Assembly (NCBI RefSeq): GCF_003334255.1
Contig: NZ_QOWU01000259.1
DNA: 348 nucleotides
From: Escherichia coli
Lineage (GTDB): Bacteria > Pseudomonadota > Gammaproteobacteria > Enterobacterales > Enterobacteriaceae
Strand: one strand, 5' to 3'
How positions within the stretch are numbered: position 1 is the stretch's first letter; every line of letters starts with the position of its first letter. This document shows, one piece after another, positions 1-348 of the stretch. The notes below the pieces were generated by a model. The model saw only the letters and a list, made by a program, of their open reading frames with translations, did no database searches and was not told the DNA's origin. The translations under genes were made by a program, and so were the position numbers.

Positions 1-117
1 CAGGCACTGGCAGTGGGTGTGGGTTACCGCTTCAACGAGCAGACCGCAGCGAAAGCAGGCGTGGCATTCAGTGATGGCGATGCCTCCTGGAACGTTGGTG
101 TGAACTTCGAGTTTTAA
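1..117 (+). CDS. 3' end of an outer-membrane beta-barrel protein gene (5'-partial; start codon lies upstream of the window)
   Basis: Frame +1 is open from base 1 to TAA at 115-117. Translation: [38 protein letters not shown]. Alternating hydrophobic/polar residues, short turns (NEQT, DGDAS) and a terminal Phe with aromatic/hydrophobic residues at -1, -3, -5 match the C-terminal beta-signal of outer-membrane beta-barrels. Internal GVGYRF resembles the C-terminal motif of OmpX/Ail/PagC-family proteins (from memory). Codons are common enterobacterial ones (ctg, gcg, aac, ttc, ggt, cgc). Family assignment is inference; no gene name can be given. Confidence 0.78.
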   Translation, partial: QALAVGVGYRFNEQTAAKAGVAFSDGDASWNVGVNFEF

Positions 118-141
118 TTGCTGAAGGTGACATGAAGTATG

Positions 142-175
142 ACGGCAGGCGCAGGACTCTGGTCTGCCGTTTTTC
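142..175 (+). terminator. Rho-independent (intrinsic) terminator of the upstream gene
   Basis: Inverted repeat ACGGCAGGC (142-150) pairs with GTCTGCCGT (162-170): 8 Watson-Crick pairs plus one G.U. An inner helix CAG (152-154)/CTG (159-161) closes a GACT tetraloop, with a 1-nt bulge at G151. The stem base is GC-rich and is followed directly by a T-run (170-174). It begins 25 nt after the TAA stop. There is no A-run on the upstream side, so it looks unidirectional. Confidence 0.65.
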
Positions 176-191
176 ATGGGGCATAAAAAAC

Positions 192-198
192 AGGAAGG
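192..198 (+). promoter_or_regulatory. Shine-Dalgarno / ribosome-binding site for the downstream CDS
   Basis: AGGAAGG (core GGAAGG 193-198) lies 7 nt upstream of ATG 206, complementary to the 16S rRNA 3' end. It is preceded by an A6 tract (185-190), which is commonly seen upstream of efficient RBSs. Confidence 0.55.
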
Positions 199-205
199 TG
201 CTGCG

Positions 206-348
206 ATGAAGGTGATTCTGGCTACCAGGAACCGCTATCTGGAGTATGGTCTGCAGGCGTTACTGAAGGGGCACAGTGTGATACTGGCGAGGGAGTTTTT
301 CCTGCCGGAGAACCGCCGTTATATCCCGGACTTTGACGAATCCTGGCT
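206..348 (+). CDS. 5' end of a protein-coding gene (3'-partial); possibly a LuxR/FixJ-family transcriptional regulator with an atypical receiver-like N-terminus (GadE/DctR/RcsA-like), tentative
   Basis: ATG at 206 with SD 7 nt upstream; frame is open to the window end (47 codons plus a partial codon). Translation: MKVILATRNRYLEYGLQALLKGHSVILAREFFLPENRRYIPDFDESW. The N-terminal pattern (hydrophobic run, T-R-N, then Y-L-x-x-G-L-x-x-L-L-K-G) is similar from memory to GadE (MIFLMTKDSFLLQGFWQLK), DctR/YhiF (MFLIITRDT…ILSKG) and RcsA. In canonical NarL-type receivers this position is the conserved acidic DD pair; here it is T-R. Functional call rests on about 25 residues of recalled similarity and is not verified. 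Confidence 0.68.
   Translation, partial: MKVILATRNRYLEYGLQALLKGHSVILAREFFLPENRRYIPDFDESW

Noticed and set aside
118-144. Possible sigma70 promoter: -35 TTGCTG (118-123) and -10 TATGAC (139-144)
   Set aside because: Only 3/6 and 4/6 matches to consensus with a short 15-bp spacer, and the predicted transcript start would fall inside the terminator stem. Too weak to call.
176-178. In-frame ATG 30 nt upstream of the chosen start (would add MGHKKQEGAA to the downstream protein)
   Set aside because: It lies immediately after the terminator T-run with no SD-like sequence upstream, whereas ATG 206 has GGAAGG at ideal spacing. The frame is closed further upstream by TGA at 140-142.
182-187. CATAAA as a -10-like element between terminator and start
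   Set aside because: No acceptable -35 at 16-18 bp upstream (that region is the GC-rich terminator stem), and the transcript would begin within or after the SD. More likely part of an A-rich translation-enhancing tract.
55-259. Heptamer GCAGGCG present three times (55-61, 145-151, 253-259)
   Set aside because: The copies fall in different codon phases and contexts (two coding regions and the terminator stem). The motif is made of common GC-rich codons (GCA/GGC/CAG/GCG); likely compositional coincidence rather than a binding-site array.
1-318. Reverse-strand reading frame with no stop codons from 318 down to 1 (possible ATG at 177-175 on the minus strand)
   Set aside because: It is in phase with, and antisense to, the well-supported + strand OMP gene, which is a typical shadow ORF. 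No SD precedes the candidate start, and it would overlap the terminator and both + strand genes.
222-348. Reverse-strand open frame entering from the window end and stopping at 222-224
   Set aside because: It overlaps the + strand ORF that has a proper RBS and start. There is no independent evidence for it, and open antisense frames are expected by chance at this GC content.
1-348. Checked for CRISPR repeats, tRNA/rRNA-like structure, IS-element terminal inverted repeats
   Set aside because: No regularly spaced direct repeats, no cloverleaf-compatible segment, and no terminal inverted repeats beyond the single terminator hairpin.

Overview
This 348-bp window is a gene junction on the + strand, read by eye without any database search. 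Bases 1-117 are the 3' end of a gene whose product ends in a typical outer-membrane beta-barrel C-terminal strand (…WNVGVNFEF-stop). A hairpin followed by a T-run (142-175) looks like an intrinsic terminator. A Shine-Dalgarno-like GGAAGG (192-198) precedes an ATG at 206 that opens a second gene running off the window end. Its first 47 residues resemble, from memory, the degenerate receiver-like N-terminus of GadE/DctR/RcsA-type LuxR-family regulators; that assignment is tentative. The most unusual thing is a possible 25-codon upstream ORF (132-209) that spans the terminator and ends in an ATGA overlap with the downstream start. No RNA genes, CRISPR repeats or mobile-element ends are visible.
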